NCBI GenBank assembly: GCA_030390025.1
Contig: CM059427.1
Location: 29,140,001-29,204,000, forward strand
Direction: 5' to 3'
Length of the DNA stretch: 64,000 nucleotides
From: Squalus acanthias
Taxonomy: Eukaryota
Shown: positions 24,701 through 36,700 of the stretch, piece by piece
Layout of the letters: every line of letters begins with the position of its first letter
Numbering within the stretch: the first letter of the stretch is position 1
Translations under genes and position numbers: made by a program
The notes under the pieces: model-generated
What the model was told of the DNA's origin: nothing
The model's input: the letters and a program-made list of their open reading frames with translations, nothing else
Databases searched by the model: none

Positions 24701-27700
24701 ACTGTTTAGTGGTTCTGACGCACTAGCATGACTCATCATCAATAAAACATTTTCAACATTTTGAATGGAAGTGTTAGAAGGAATAACAACAGAAAATGCT
24801 GGAATCACTCAGCTGGCCAGGCAGCATCATGGAGAGAGAAACAGAGTTAACGTTTCAGGTCGATGACCGTTCTGACAAAGGGTCATTGACCTGAAACGTT
24901 AACTCTGTTTCTCTCTCCATGATGCTTCCGCAGTATTTTGCTATTGTATTAGTGTTAGAAGGAAGTTCCTTTATTGTATGCCACCCTAGTTTGGCCACTT
25001 GTGAAACCTTATAACTATGAATAAATTAAAAATCAATGTAAAGGAAAAAGTAATATCACTAATGGGGTAAGTAGACAATATTTATTATACTTACTGGGCC
25101 GGATATTCCGATGCCTACGGGTGTGTACGCGCTGTGTACACACCCGTAGGGACATCGGAAATGCCGGTTTCAGGCATGCACAGCGCATGCACTGGAGAAG
25201 GGCCTCTGCAGGCGGATAGTTCTGCTTTCTGGAGAACCTCCGCCCGCAGAAAACCCTTAGAAATCTTACACCTGGTAAAAGCATGATGCGGAGATGCCGG
25301 TGTTGGACTGGGGTGGACAAAAATGAGAAGTCGCACAACACCAGGTTATAGTCCAACAGTTTTATTTAAAATTACGAGCTTTCGGAGCTGCTGCCCCTTC
25401 GTCAGGTAAAGGTACAGTGAGGGAATCTATTACACAGTATATATACACAGAGAGCAATTTGTCTGCAGAGATACAATCTGTTAGGGAGGCATTACATCAA
25501 AGCAGGCATAAGGCCTGCTTTTACCAGCATAAGATTTGAAAAAAAAGTTTAAAAAAACAATTTTTTTTCACTCATTTATCATTTAATAATACTTTAGAAA
25601 AGGTAAGTTTATTTTTAGCCCCGTAAAAAACTTTAATTATTTTTTAAAAAAATTAATTTTTTGTTTAAAATATTTAATTTATTGTAATTTCAACTAATTT
25701 TAAAAATGATTTTTTTTTTTTAATTTATTTAATGTTTTGAAGTGTTTTTGGGATGATCTCCATTCATATATTTGACAGGTCTATCTGTCAAGTGTATGAA
25801 GGGAGATTCCCTTCTTTGATTGGCTCCCCATGGCCCACGTGATCCCAGGGACGCTTGCAAACCGCATGCGCCTCTGGGATATGTAGGTCCTGCACATTTA
25901 GAGTTGGAGAGGCCCAAGATCGGAACTATACGCACCTCGGGAGCCCTCAGGTAAGTGCGTAGATTTTTTCCAGATCGGAGGCCTCCGCACGCGGGAAGCC
26001 TCCGATCGGAAAATACGGCCCACTGTAGTAATGTTTCCCATTAACTTCCAATATTGCTGTGGTCTCCTGATCTTATAATTTGTTTTCCATACAAAGAGCT
26101 TCCACCTTTTCACTGACTTTCTTTATAATTTTAAATATTTACATCCAAATATCTTTCAGACTGATTTTTCCTTCCCAATGACGCTTTGCATAATTCAGGG
26201 AACAAAGTATAGGGATCATCCCTGCTACCTTTCTTTGTACAGCACCCTTCCTAACCCATCAGTTCATTTTATTTTTAATCTTTGGGCGTTATAGCTACAT
26301 AGTGTAGTGGTTATGGTCCTGGTCTCACAAGTCTAAAGTTATGAGTGGCAAGTGAAATGGGGAGTGTAGAAGGGCATGCCTAGAGCAGCAACAGGCATAC
26401 CTTAGAATGAGCTGTGCACCTAGTGAAGCTACTACACAGGGCTGCCTGCATGCTAAATGCCAAAAGCAGCAGGCTATAGACAAAGCTAAGTGGTCCCACA
26501 ACCAATAGATCTAAGCAAAGCTCTGCCCTACCACATCCAGTTGAGAATGGTGGTAAGCAACCAGATAACTAAAGGGAGGAGGAAATTCCGTGAACATTCC
26601 CATCCTCAGCTGTGGTGGAGCCCATTCTCTGAGTGCAAGAAACAAGGCTAAAGTGTTTGCAAGTGTCTTCAGTCAAAAGTGCTGAATGAATGATTCTATT
26701 TGGTCTCCTCCAGAGATACCAACCATCATAGATGCCATTGTCCAGCCAATTTGGTTCACTTCACGTGATATTAAGAAGTGGCTCAGTGTACTGGACACAG
26801 CAAAGGCTATGCACCCTGAAAACATCCTGGTTATAGTGGTGAAGATCTATAGCTTTTCGCTCCCCTAGCCAAGCTGTTCCAGTACAGCTATGGCTATGAC
26901 ATATCTACACAACAAGTGTGAAAGATTGTTATGCTATGTCCTATCAACACAAAACAGGATAGAAGCTAACACTGCTCTATCAGCTTTCTCCCAATCATAA
27001 GAACAGAAAAAAATGGGAACAGGAGGCCATTTGCCTTCAAGCCTGCTCTGCCATTCAATAAGATCATGGTTGATCTTCTATCTCATCTCCACTTTCCTGC
27101 ACTATCCCCATATCCCTTGATTCCCTTAATATTCAAAATTTTCTTGATCTATCATCGGTAAAGTGATGGAAGGATTCATCAATAGTGCCATCAAGTGACA
27201 CCTGCTCACCAATGCTTAGTTCAGGTTCTGCCAGAACCACTCAGCTCCACACCTCATTACAGCCTTGATCACGACATGAATGCAAGAGCTAAATGCTAGA
27301 GAAGAGGTGAGCATAGGTGACCTTGACATCAAGGTACCATTTGACCGAATATGGCACCAAGGAGTCTTGGCAAAATTGAATTCAATGGGGTTCAAATGAA
27401 AAACCCTCCAGTTGCTGGAGTCATGCTTGATGCAAAGAAAGATGGTTGTGGTTTTCGGCGACCAATCGTTGAAGCCTCAAGATATCGTTGTAGGAGTTGC
27501 TCAGGGTCTGTGTCCCAAACATCTTCAGCTGCTTCATCAATGACCTTCCCTCCATGTTAAGGCCTTGAATGGGGCTGTTCACTGATGATTCCATAGAGTT
27601 TGGCTCTTTTCATGACTCCTCCAATAATGAAGCAGCCTACAGTAGAATTTTGACAGCAGCAGTCTTGGGCTGACAAGTGGCAGGCAATATTGCTGACAAG

Positions 27701-30700
27701 TGGCAGGCAATATTTCCGCCACGCAAGTGCTATATAATGACCATCTCAAACAAGATAAAGTCCAACCCTCTCCCCATGACCTCCGACAGCACCATCATTG
27801 CCGAGTACCCCACTGTCAATATCTTGGGTGGGGGGTGTCACCATTGGTGAGGCACGACCCGAATATGCTTGGAAAGGATAACATTTGTGGAGCTTGCTTG
27901 GGGCACAATGTTACTATCTTGAGTTGGCTGTTGCACATTTTGCTGTAAGTAGTGGTATTGAGTGTGCCTCTCTCCATTCCTCCTCCTTAAAGATCTGCCT
28001 AGATCTTGTTCCCAGGTTTTCTGCCCTGACTTTGGTCATGGAGGTGAGCATGATGCACAAGGTGGTGTGGCTGCAAGAGACTGTTGAGTGGTGGAAGCGT
28101 TCTAGGAAGGTTGGCTCACATTGAAAGCAATGCTATTGACTTATTTTCCTCCCGGTTGCCCCATATCTCCAAACCTTCCTCTTCCCCCTCCTCATACACC
28201 AGTAAAATGTCACCTAGTTCTCACTCATGTTCATATGTACTATAACACTGCTCTTTCTGTTAGGATTCTTGTTTTTTTGTATAAAGTTACAGTACACGAA
28301 CATTAAATCTGTAAGCATTTTCATAATTTTAAACATTCTTTTACACACAAGGGAGAAATGTTACCCAAACCATCAGACCACAAGCCATCAATCATAGCTC
28401 TGACTGCAAACAACTGGCTCATCCGTATGTCTACTAAGACTGCAGAAATTCTAGAAAAAATCTACCTCTCATCTCAATGGAAATTCAGGTATTCAAACAA
28501 TTAACATTCCTCATAAAAGATGTATTTCATGAGAGTGCAAGATTAATCCTCTCTAAGTGGTGAAATAACATAGCAGTTTCTGTTTCCTTATCCATTCCAA
28601 AATTTGCTGTGGTAGAATAGCTTTGTTTCTGTTTTTGTTATAGGTACTTTCTTAGAAAGATAAAATACAACATAAGAACTTAGCCTATGTTTCCATAAGT
28701 ACTTGTGGCATTCTTATTAGCAGTGCCAGTTCAAGTGCATACAGTCCACATTTATCATAGAATCATACAGCACAGAAGGAGGCCATTCACCCATCATGCC
28801 TGTGCCGGCTCTTTGAAAGAGCTGTCCTGCCCTGCTCTTTCCTCATAGTTCTGCAATTCTCCCCTTTAAGTATATATCCAATTCCCTTTTGAAAATTGCT
28901 ATTGAATCTGCTTCCATCACCCTTTCAGGTAGTGCATTCCAGATCATCATAACGCTGCATTAAAAAAAAAATTCTCCTCCTCTCCCCTATAGTTCTTTTT
29001 GCCAATAACCTTAAATCTGTGTCCTCTGGTTACAGATGTTCCTGCCAGCCTCTATTAAATCTCCCCTTAACCTTCTTTGCTCTAAGGAGAACAATCCCAG
29101 CTTCTCTAGTCTCTCTACATAACTGAAGTCCCTGGTACCATTCTAGTAAATCTCCTCTGCACCCTTACCAAGGCCTTGACATCCTTCCTAAAATGTGGTG
29201 CCTAGAATTGGACACGTTACTCCAGCTGAGGCCTGGTGAGATATGAGTCAGATATTATTGGTCAAAGATATCCAATACAATTGCAGTAAGAGATCAAAAA
29301 TGATAAGATATTTAAGATAGAAAGAGGGAAATAATTGATAAACTAAGCAAACAGAGAGGATAAAGCCCCAGGTCCAGATGGATTGCATCCACGTGTATTA
29401 AAAGAAGTTAGGGAAGAGATAGCAGAGGCACTATTGCATATATATAACAATTCAGTAGAAAAGGGAATAGTGCCAGAAGACTGTCGGACAGCTAATGTTA
29501 TTCCTGTATTTAAAAAGGGAGATAGAACAAGTTCAGGGAACTATAGACCAGTTAGCTTAACATCAGTAGTAGGAAAGATTATGGAGTCTTTACTCAAAGA
29601 TGTAATAGAAAAACATCTAGAAACCGAAAATATAATAAAGGGTACTCAGCACGTATTTCAACAGGGAAAGGCCATGCTTGACCAACTTTATTGAATTCTT
29701 CGAACAAGTAACAGAAAGAGTAGACAAGGGTACTGTAGTAGATGTAGTATATTTGGATTTTCAAAAGGCCTTCGCTACGGTACCGCATAGTAGACTCATG
29801 ACTAAGGTCAGAGCATGTGGAGTCGGGACAGGTAGCAGAATGGATAGCAAGCTGGCTACAAAACCGAAAACAGAGAGTAAGGGTTAAGGGCAACTACTCA
29901 GATTGGGAAACGGTGAAAAGTGGTGTTCCACAGGGATCAGTTCTGGGACCACTGTTGTTCACAATTTACATTAACAATTTGGATTCAGGAATCTGAAGTA
30001 CAATTTCTAAATTTGCAGATGACACCAAATTGGGGGGTGTAGTTAATACAAAGGAAAATTGTGACAAAATACAAAAAGACATTAATAAACTTGCAGAATG
30101 GGTGTTTAATTGGCAGATTAATTTCAATATAGATAACTGTGAGGTGGTGCATTTTGTAAGGAGGTTAAGGAGGCCACGTACTGCTTGGATAATAAGGGCT
30201 GGATTTTGATACTGGGGCGGGTTGGGGTCGTGTCATCCACTTTTCGTGTTATCCACCCGACTGCAATTGGATGTGTGAGATTGATGCAATTTTCACCTAA
30301 TTGGGCAATTGAGTTCCAGCATGTGGGAACCCATGAACCAATTAGTGTTTTCAGTCTGAAAGTCGCCTCTGATGATGTCATCATTGCTGCTGCATTGAAG
30401 GTCTTCAGAGACTGCCTGGCCTTTGCTGTGAGAGGACCTGGATGCAAAATGAGCAGCAGCAGTCCTAAGTCTGCTCCCAGATATTTTTACACCACCACTC
30501 CCAGATATGTCTCCTCTCCATCCATCCATCCACATAGCTATCCATATATGCATCCCCCCCAGCCAGCGTCAACTATCCATATCCAAATGTGCTCCCGCCA
30601 GGTTTCACATTCGTGGTTCAGAACAGGCGTGCTTCACGTAGAAAAAGGGTTAAAATCACAAAGGCCTTTCAAAATGGCATTATAGAGGCAATTTAGTGCT

Positions 30701-33700
30701 TGTTAAGGGCCTTAACAGCCTATCCCGCCTTAGAGGCGGGACCAGCAGACACGATTTAATGAAAATTGCGTGGAGGTGGGATAGAGGCGGACTTGTGCCC
30801 GCCCGCCAGTTTTCGCAATTTTAACCCCCCACACACCTCCAAACCCGCCTCCACGGGTCAATGAAAATCCAGCCCTAAGAGTCTAAATGGGGTAGAGGAG
30901 CAAAGGGATCTAGGGGTACAGATACACATATCACTAAAAGTAGCGACGCAGGTTAATAAGACCATAAAAAAAGCAAACCAAGCACTGGGATTTATTTCTA
31001 GAGGGATAGAATTAAAAAGTGGGGAAGTCATATTAAACTTGTGTAGAACCTTGGTTAGACCACACTTTGAGAACTGTGCACAGTTCTGGTCTCCATATTA
31101 TAAAAAGGATATAGAGGCACTGGAGAAGGTGCAAAAAATATTTACAAGGATGATACCAGAACTGAGAGGTTATAACTATCAGGAAAGACTAAACAGGCTG
31201 GGGCTCTTTTCTCCAGAAAAGGGAAGGCTGAGAGGTGACCTGATCGAGGTCTTTAAAATGATGAAGAGGTTCGATAGGGTAAACATAGAGATGTTTCTAC
31301 TTGTAGGGGATTCAAAAACTAGGGGCCATTAATATAAGATAGTCACTAATAAATCCAATAGGGAATTCAGGAGAAACTTCTTTACCCAAAGAGTGGTAAG
31401 AGTGTGGAATGCCCTACCACAGGGAGTCATTGAGGCAAATAGCATAGATGCATTTAATTGGAAGCTAGATAAGCACATGAGTGAGAGAAGAATAGAAGGG
31501 TATGATGGTAGAATTAGATGAAGAGGGGTGGGAGGAGGCTCGTGTGGAGCATAGACCAGTTGGGCCGAATAGTCTGTCCATGTGCTGTAGACTCGATGTA
31601 ACTTGATGTACTGTGATGTTTATACAATTAATTATAATTAACAGGTATTTGACTTGGGACAATACTCAAGAGACAATAGTAGCAAAGACTACGCAGAACA
31701 AGGTTCCAGCTGTAGCTAGAGCGGTGAGTAGTGGGGATGATTTACAGTGTGGTGGTGCTGGTTTAACTGCTATATTGGTATAAAATTGGATTGGATTTTG
31801 CGGGATTCTGCACTGGGTATTAAGGCTGAAAGTGTTTTTTTGACTATGCATAATTAGCTTCTGTCAATAGTTGACATTTACTTTGAACACCAAACTGTTG
31901 GTTAACTTGCAGGACAAACTTTTGAAATTGGTCAGCAGCTGAAGGCAAATTGGTTTTTTTTTTGCTTCCACTTTTATTTTCCAATGTGTAATTCAGTGCC
32001 ACATGTTTCTTTGTGCAAGTGAAGATTATCAGTGTTGTTAGTAATTCTCTACAAAGCAGTTTCCACCGATAATTGGAATATACACTCAATAAATGTCACT
32101 TAGTTTTGAGGCACACTGATTTCTGCATCAAACAATGGCAGTAATTTTTGATGCAGTCAGTTTCAGAAAACAGGCAAATTCCCAAAGGAAAATGAGAGCT
32201 ATTATTTCGCAGTAAACAATTTTGTAGTGATTACACCAGCGTTGTTAATCCTTGTGACTATCATTGGGCACAATCAATGATGAGCACCAAACAAAAACTG
32301 AATGAAATCAACCTTGCAAAATGTTTTGAATGGATTGATTACTTCTGTCAATATTGCTCTTGAACCATCTGCAGAGGAAACATGTTTAGATTTTCTCTCG
32401 CATCAGGGAAAGTATCTCACTTCCAATTGGTGACCCAGTAACTATCTGAGATTGCTGTGTAGAGTATTGCAGGTGATAGCCACTCCTGTCACTCCATGGT
32501 GCAGTCCATTAGTGTATAAACAATTCTCAGGACTGGGCCCAAGCAGGACATTCTTAAAAGATCTTCCTGTTCTTCCTATTATCTGCTCTAGATGTTTTAT
32601 TTAAACCTGCATTGGCACCACTCATTAATTGAATAAACACTTGTAATTATTTTAGTTGTGCTATTAAAATAATTTTCTAGTTTTCAAAGCAAAATTAGCA
32701 GATAAATTATAATTATACAAGTTGACTACAGTAGAGTTATAGCAGACTACCCTTTTACACTGCCTTTATATATAGCTCGCAGTCTCACACTGATAGCAGC
32801 AATATGAGTTCCTGTCAGATAATAATTAATACCCTGTTTGTATTGCCTGGTATGCAGGTGGCAGCATCTGCACTAATATTTAAACTAACTTCTGGGGTAG
32901 GTTTAAAAAGTGTTCACAAGGTTCAAAAGACCCCCTGGGAACTTGTTAAACACAGTTTTACACCATCAAACCCAAATGGTGTGATACTACAGTGCCCCCT
33001 GGGGACACTCTCACCGCTTCTGTCCAGAGTCAGGTTGGGCCCTGGTTTAAAATTGTTGAATATCAGAATGTTTCTTGCTCTTAAGTATTTGGATTGTTTT
33101 CCGATTGCCTTACTTTAAATAATAATTGTTCATGTCTTTCAGGTTGGAATTCAACACTCAGTTCTTTTACATTTAGCTTTGTTCAGAGTTCTACCTCTTA
33201 CATTTGTAGGAATGCTGGGTATTGACAAATATGTAAGTCACTTTTTTTTAAAAAACAGTTCCGTATGCTGTAATCTATTCGTAAATTAATGACTTCCTGC
33301 ATATTTTCTGTCCCCGATTTAACAATGAATCCAATAAAATAATGTCTTTATTTAAATATGACATTCCATGAAATAGTGAAATCTGGACAGTTGTCATGTC
33401 ATTGATAGCTCTGCTGTAGCCTCTATTTGTTCATGTATAACATTTCTTTGCCACATATAGGGTTTCATCCAATTTATGGGTCATCTGCAACCCCCAGCAA
33501 TTTGTGGCTGACTCGCTACCCGCCTAGCCCATTTGTAGTCACCTGATTTTAGGCTATGGGTGTGGCCATCACACTCCCAACCCGCCCATTGTGGTCAGGC
33601 CTTGAGCCTAGGACTTGGGCCTACCTGTCCAATCTATTACTGGGAACTAAATTGTCATTGCGGCCATTTCCTGCCTCCTCTCCATTTCATCTCATTAGTA

Positions 33701-36700
33701 GTGGTTGGGCCTCGAGTCTACCACCACAGGCCTCCCACATCGTGACTCGCAACCCCTCACTTCATAACTTCTGACCCCTAAACCACTAAATCGTTAAAGA
33801 GTAAGCACTTAAATTCATTATACTATACAATCGTATAATATTAACTATTTAAGTGTCTTAGCAAACTTGGATCCTCTTCGCTCAAATATTAAAGAAACTT
33901 TTTAGATTAGTGCAGATGGTGCAACAGAAGCTACCACAGAGTGCCATTTATTGGTCATAGTGACAGCAAAGCAGCGTCTCCTCCGACTCACTGAGCAATG
34001 CCACGGGAGATCTGATAATGGATCTAGAACGGAAGGTTCAGTAAATAGTGTACATTTCTGTTGCACTCTTCCGTCAGACTGTTTAAAAACGCATACTATA
34101 AAACAGCAAGTTATCCAACTCACCACGAGCAATGCCACAGGAAATCAGTTTGTTATATTATTAAAAATCTGGCACTTGCACACACTTCCTGTTTAACACT
34201 TACTTCCTCTAACGTGATTTCTTTGCCATCACTTTGTTGATTGATTAAATGTAAAGCAACAGCAAATCAGAACTGTGAAGAGGCCTGAGTGGAGAAGCCA
34301 CTGCGGCTTTCCTGCCAGGTGAAGGCTCGTCAAAAGAGGATTGGAAGCAGAAGAAGTCATTCAGGGTAAGTTTTTATACTTTCTTTAGTGGGTCCAGGAG
34401 GAGCAGGAGTGCTCTTCTGTGCCCCACAAGGAAAGTTTAGGCCTTCCCTGCCCTAAACTCCCTTGCCTTTCCCTATCGCATGGTGCCCCTAGAACTCCCG
34501 TCTCCACACTAGCCCGAGTACCGGTGGGCAGCCAAGGGCCACCAGATTTTCCGCAGGCCGGCAACTGTTTCCCACTCATTCCTGTCTTTTCCAAGTGGGG
34601 AATTGGCCAGTTAAAATCGCTGTGGCCTCATTCTGTGGTCAGCGTCTGGTAAATTAACTGAATCCAGCGGTTTCCTACTGGAAATCCGCTGGCAGTTAAA
34701 ATCCACCCTAAAGAGTGAGTTCTTTTTAAAAGCTTTAAAGGTGGCCCTCTTACAAAAAGGACTTTTGGGGACACTTAATAGTTCTTTCTAGGGGAGAGCA
34801 ACATCCCCTCTTGGTGGCCACTGTTCCACTACAGTTTTGGCCCCTTCAGCAGCTGGGCACCCCAGATGCACCTCTGGTGGTGTGGACATCTGCCATTCCT
34901 GTTCAAACCAAGGGACATTCCCATGACTCTGCTAACTTTGGAAGTCTGGGTGGCTGCATCCTAGCTGTTATACCAGGATGTGGACCTCCATGGACTTTCA
35001 GCCTCGTAGGGCGTATATTAGGAGATGACGTTACCAGCACTCAGAGAAATGCAAGTTACTCATGGCTAGTCAGCGTGGATGTCTAAATGGCAGCTCTGTG
35101 TTTTACTAACCCCAGAGGATTGTTTGAAGAGATAACGGAGAGGATAAATTAAAAAGAATGCAATGGATGTGGTTTATATGGATTTTCAAAAAGCATTATA
35201 AAAGGTACTACGTAAGAGACTTTTGGCAAAGATGATGGCACTTGGAATAAAGGGTATGTATTGAGGTGGTTATTATTTACTATACACAAATTGACAACTT
35301 AGGAATTGAGGGAATAGTACCAAAAGTAGCTGATTGGTGGTATTTCAAATTGTAATGAAGACTATGACAGAGGCTACATAAGAACATAGAGAGGCTAGAG
35401 GAATGGGCAGATCACTTATAGATGCAGTTCAATCCAGAAAAATATAAAGTTATACATTTTGGAAGAATAGGGAAATCAAAAATATACCTTAAAGAGTAAG
35501 ATTTTAAATGGAGTAGAGGAGCCTTGGTGTGCAGATAAACATTAAAGTTTGAAGCGCAAGTAGATAAGGCTATAAAAAAGGAAAATAGAATCCTTAGTTT
35601 TGTACTAGGGAGCATGCAAGACAAAAGCAAGGATTTAATATTGAACTTGTACAAGACTGAGTTAGGCTAGAGTTGGGGGACCGTGTTCAACTTTGCATAT
35701 CCCATTATAGGAAGGATATAAAAGTAATGGAAAAGGGGCAATGTAGATTCACTAAGATACCATCAAGGATGAGGCATTACCGTTATGAAGAGAGAATTGA
35801 GAAGTTAGGGCTTTTTTCACTGAAGCTGAGTTGGTTAAAGGATGACCCGATGAGATCTTCAGGATTAAGAAGGGTCATGATGAGGTAAATAGTGACAGGT
35901 TGTTTCTACTGGTTTGCAAGATGGTAATGAAAGAGCAAAAATTTAAGAATTAAAGGGGCGGGAGAGGTTAGAAAAAATCTTTACACGTGTGGAGCATAAA
36001 AACCAGCATAGACCAGTTGGGCTGAATGGCCTGTTTCTGTGCTGTAACATTCTATGATTCTTCAATTGTAGCTCTTAAAGACATATGGCTGAATAATTTA
36101 TTTTAACTGTTTCAGAAGTGTGGTGGGTTGTATTTATACATGGATGCTACATTACTCTGGGAAGTATTATACTTGAAGAGCAATGGCAGTTAAAATTGTT
36201 TCAATTAGAACTCCAAACTCAACTTTGCAATATTAAATATAAAAATGAGCTAGGGTAGAGTTCAAATAGAATGTCAAAATGTGCTACTCGTAATTGATGT
36301 AATTCAGTAAACTTTTTTTAAATACAGTATTCCTCATCTCCTAGATTTTTGGAAACAATATAACCGACGCCACTGTTTCTCAGGGTTTACTCATTGTGAC
36401 GTACAGCATGGGGCTGGTCAAGCTTTACAGTTTTCAGTGGATTATTGAGAAGGTAAATTGAGAATGTAGTGTATACTGGTCAATGCTGAATCTGTTGGAT
36501 GAGAAGCCTGTTAATGGGAATAGCTCTGTGGTGTGCAAAATATTCAATTTTGCTTATTTTTAAAGTTGTCAAGAATGGTGATTTCAACAGAGGGAAAGTG
36601 AAGTTGATTGATTTTTGCTTGACAAAAAATTGAAAAGTTCTAGGAGTGTGAAAGTGAATATAGTGAGATATTTAAGTATAATAGTTCAAGGTTAGGTGAT

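Noticed and set aside
30185-30685. 166-aa ORF as a possible transposase or Myb protein
   Set aside because: It lies within a 680-bp MITE and has no DDE or Myb motif.
32277-32380. Intronic C/D-box snoRNA (ATGATGA followed by CTGA)
   Set aside because: No terminal D box at a suitable distance and no closing stem.
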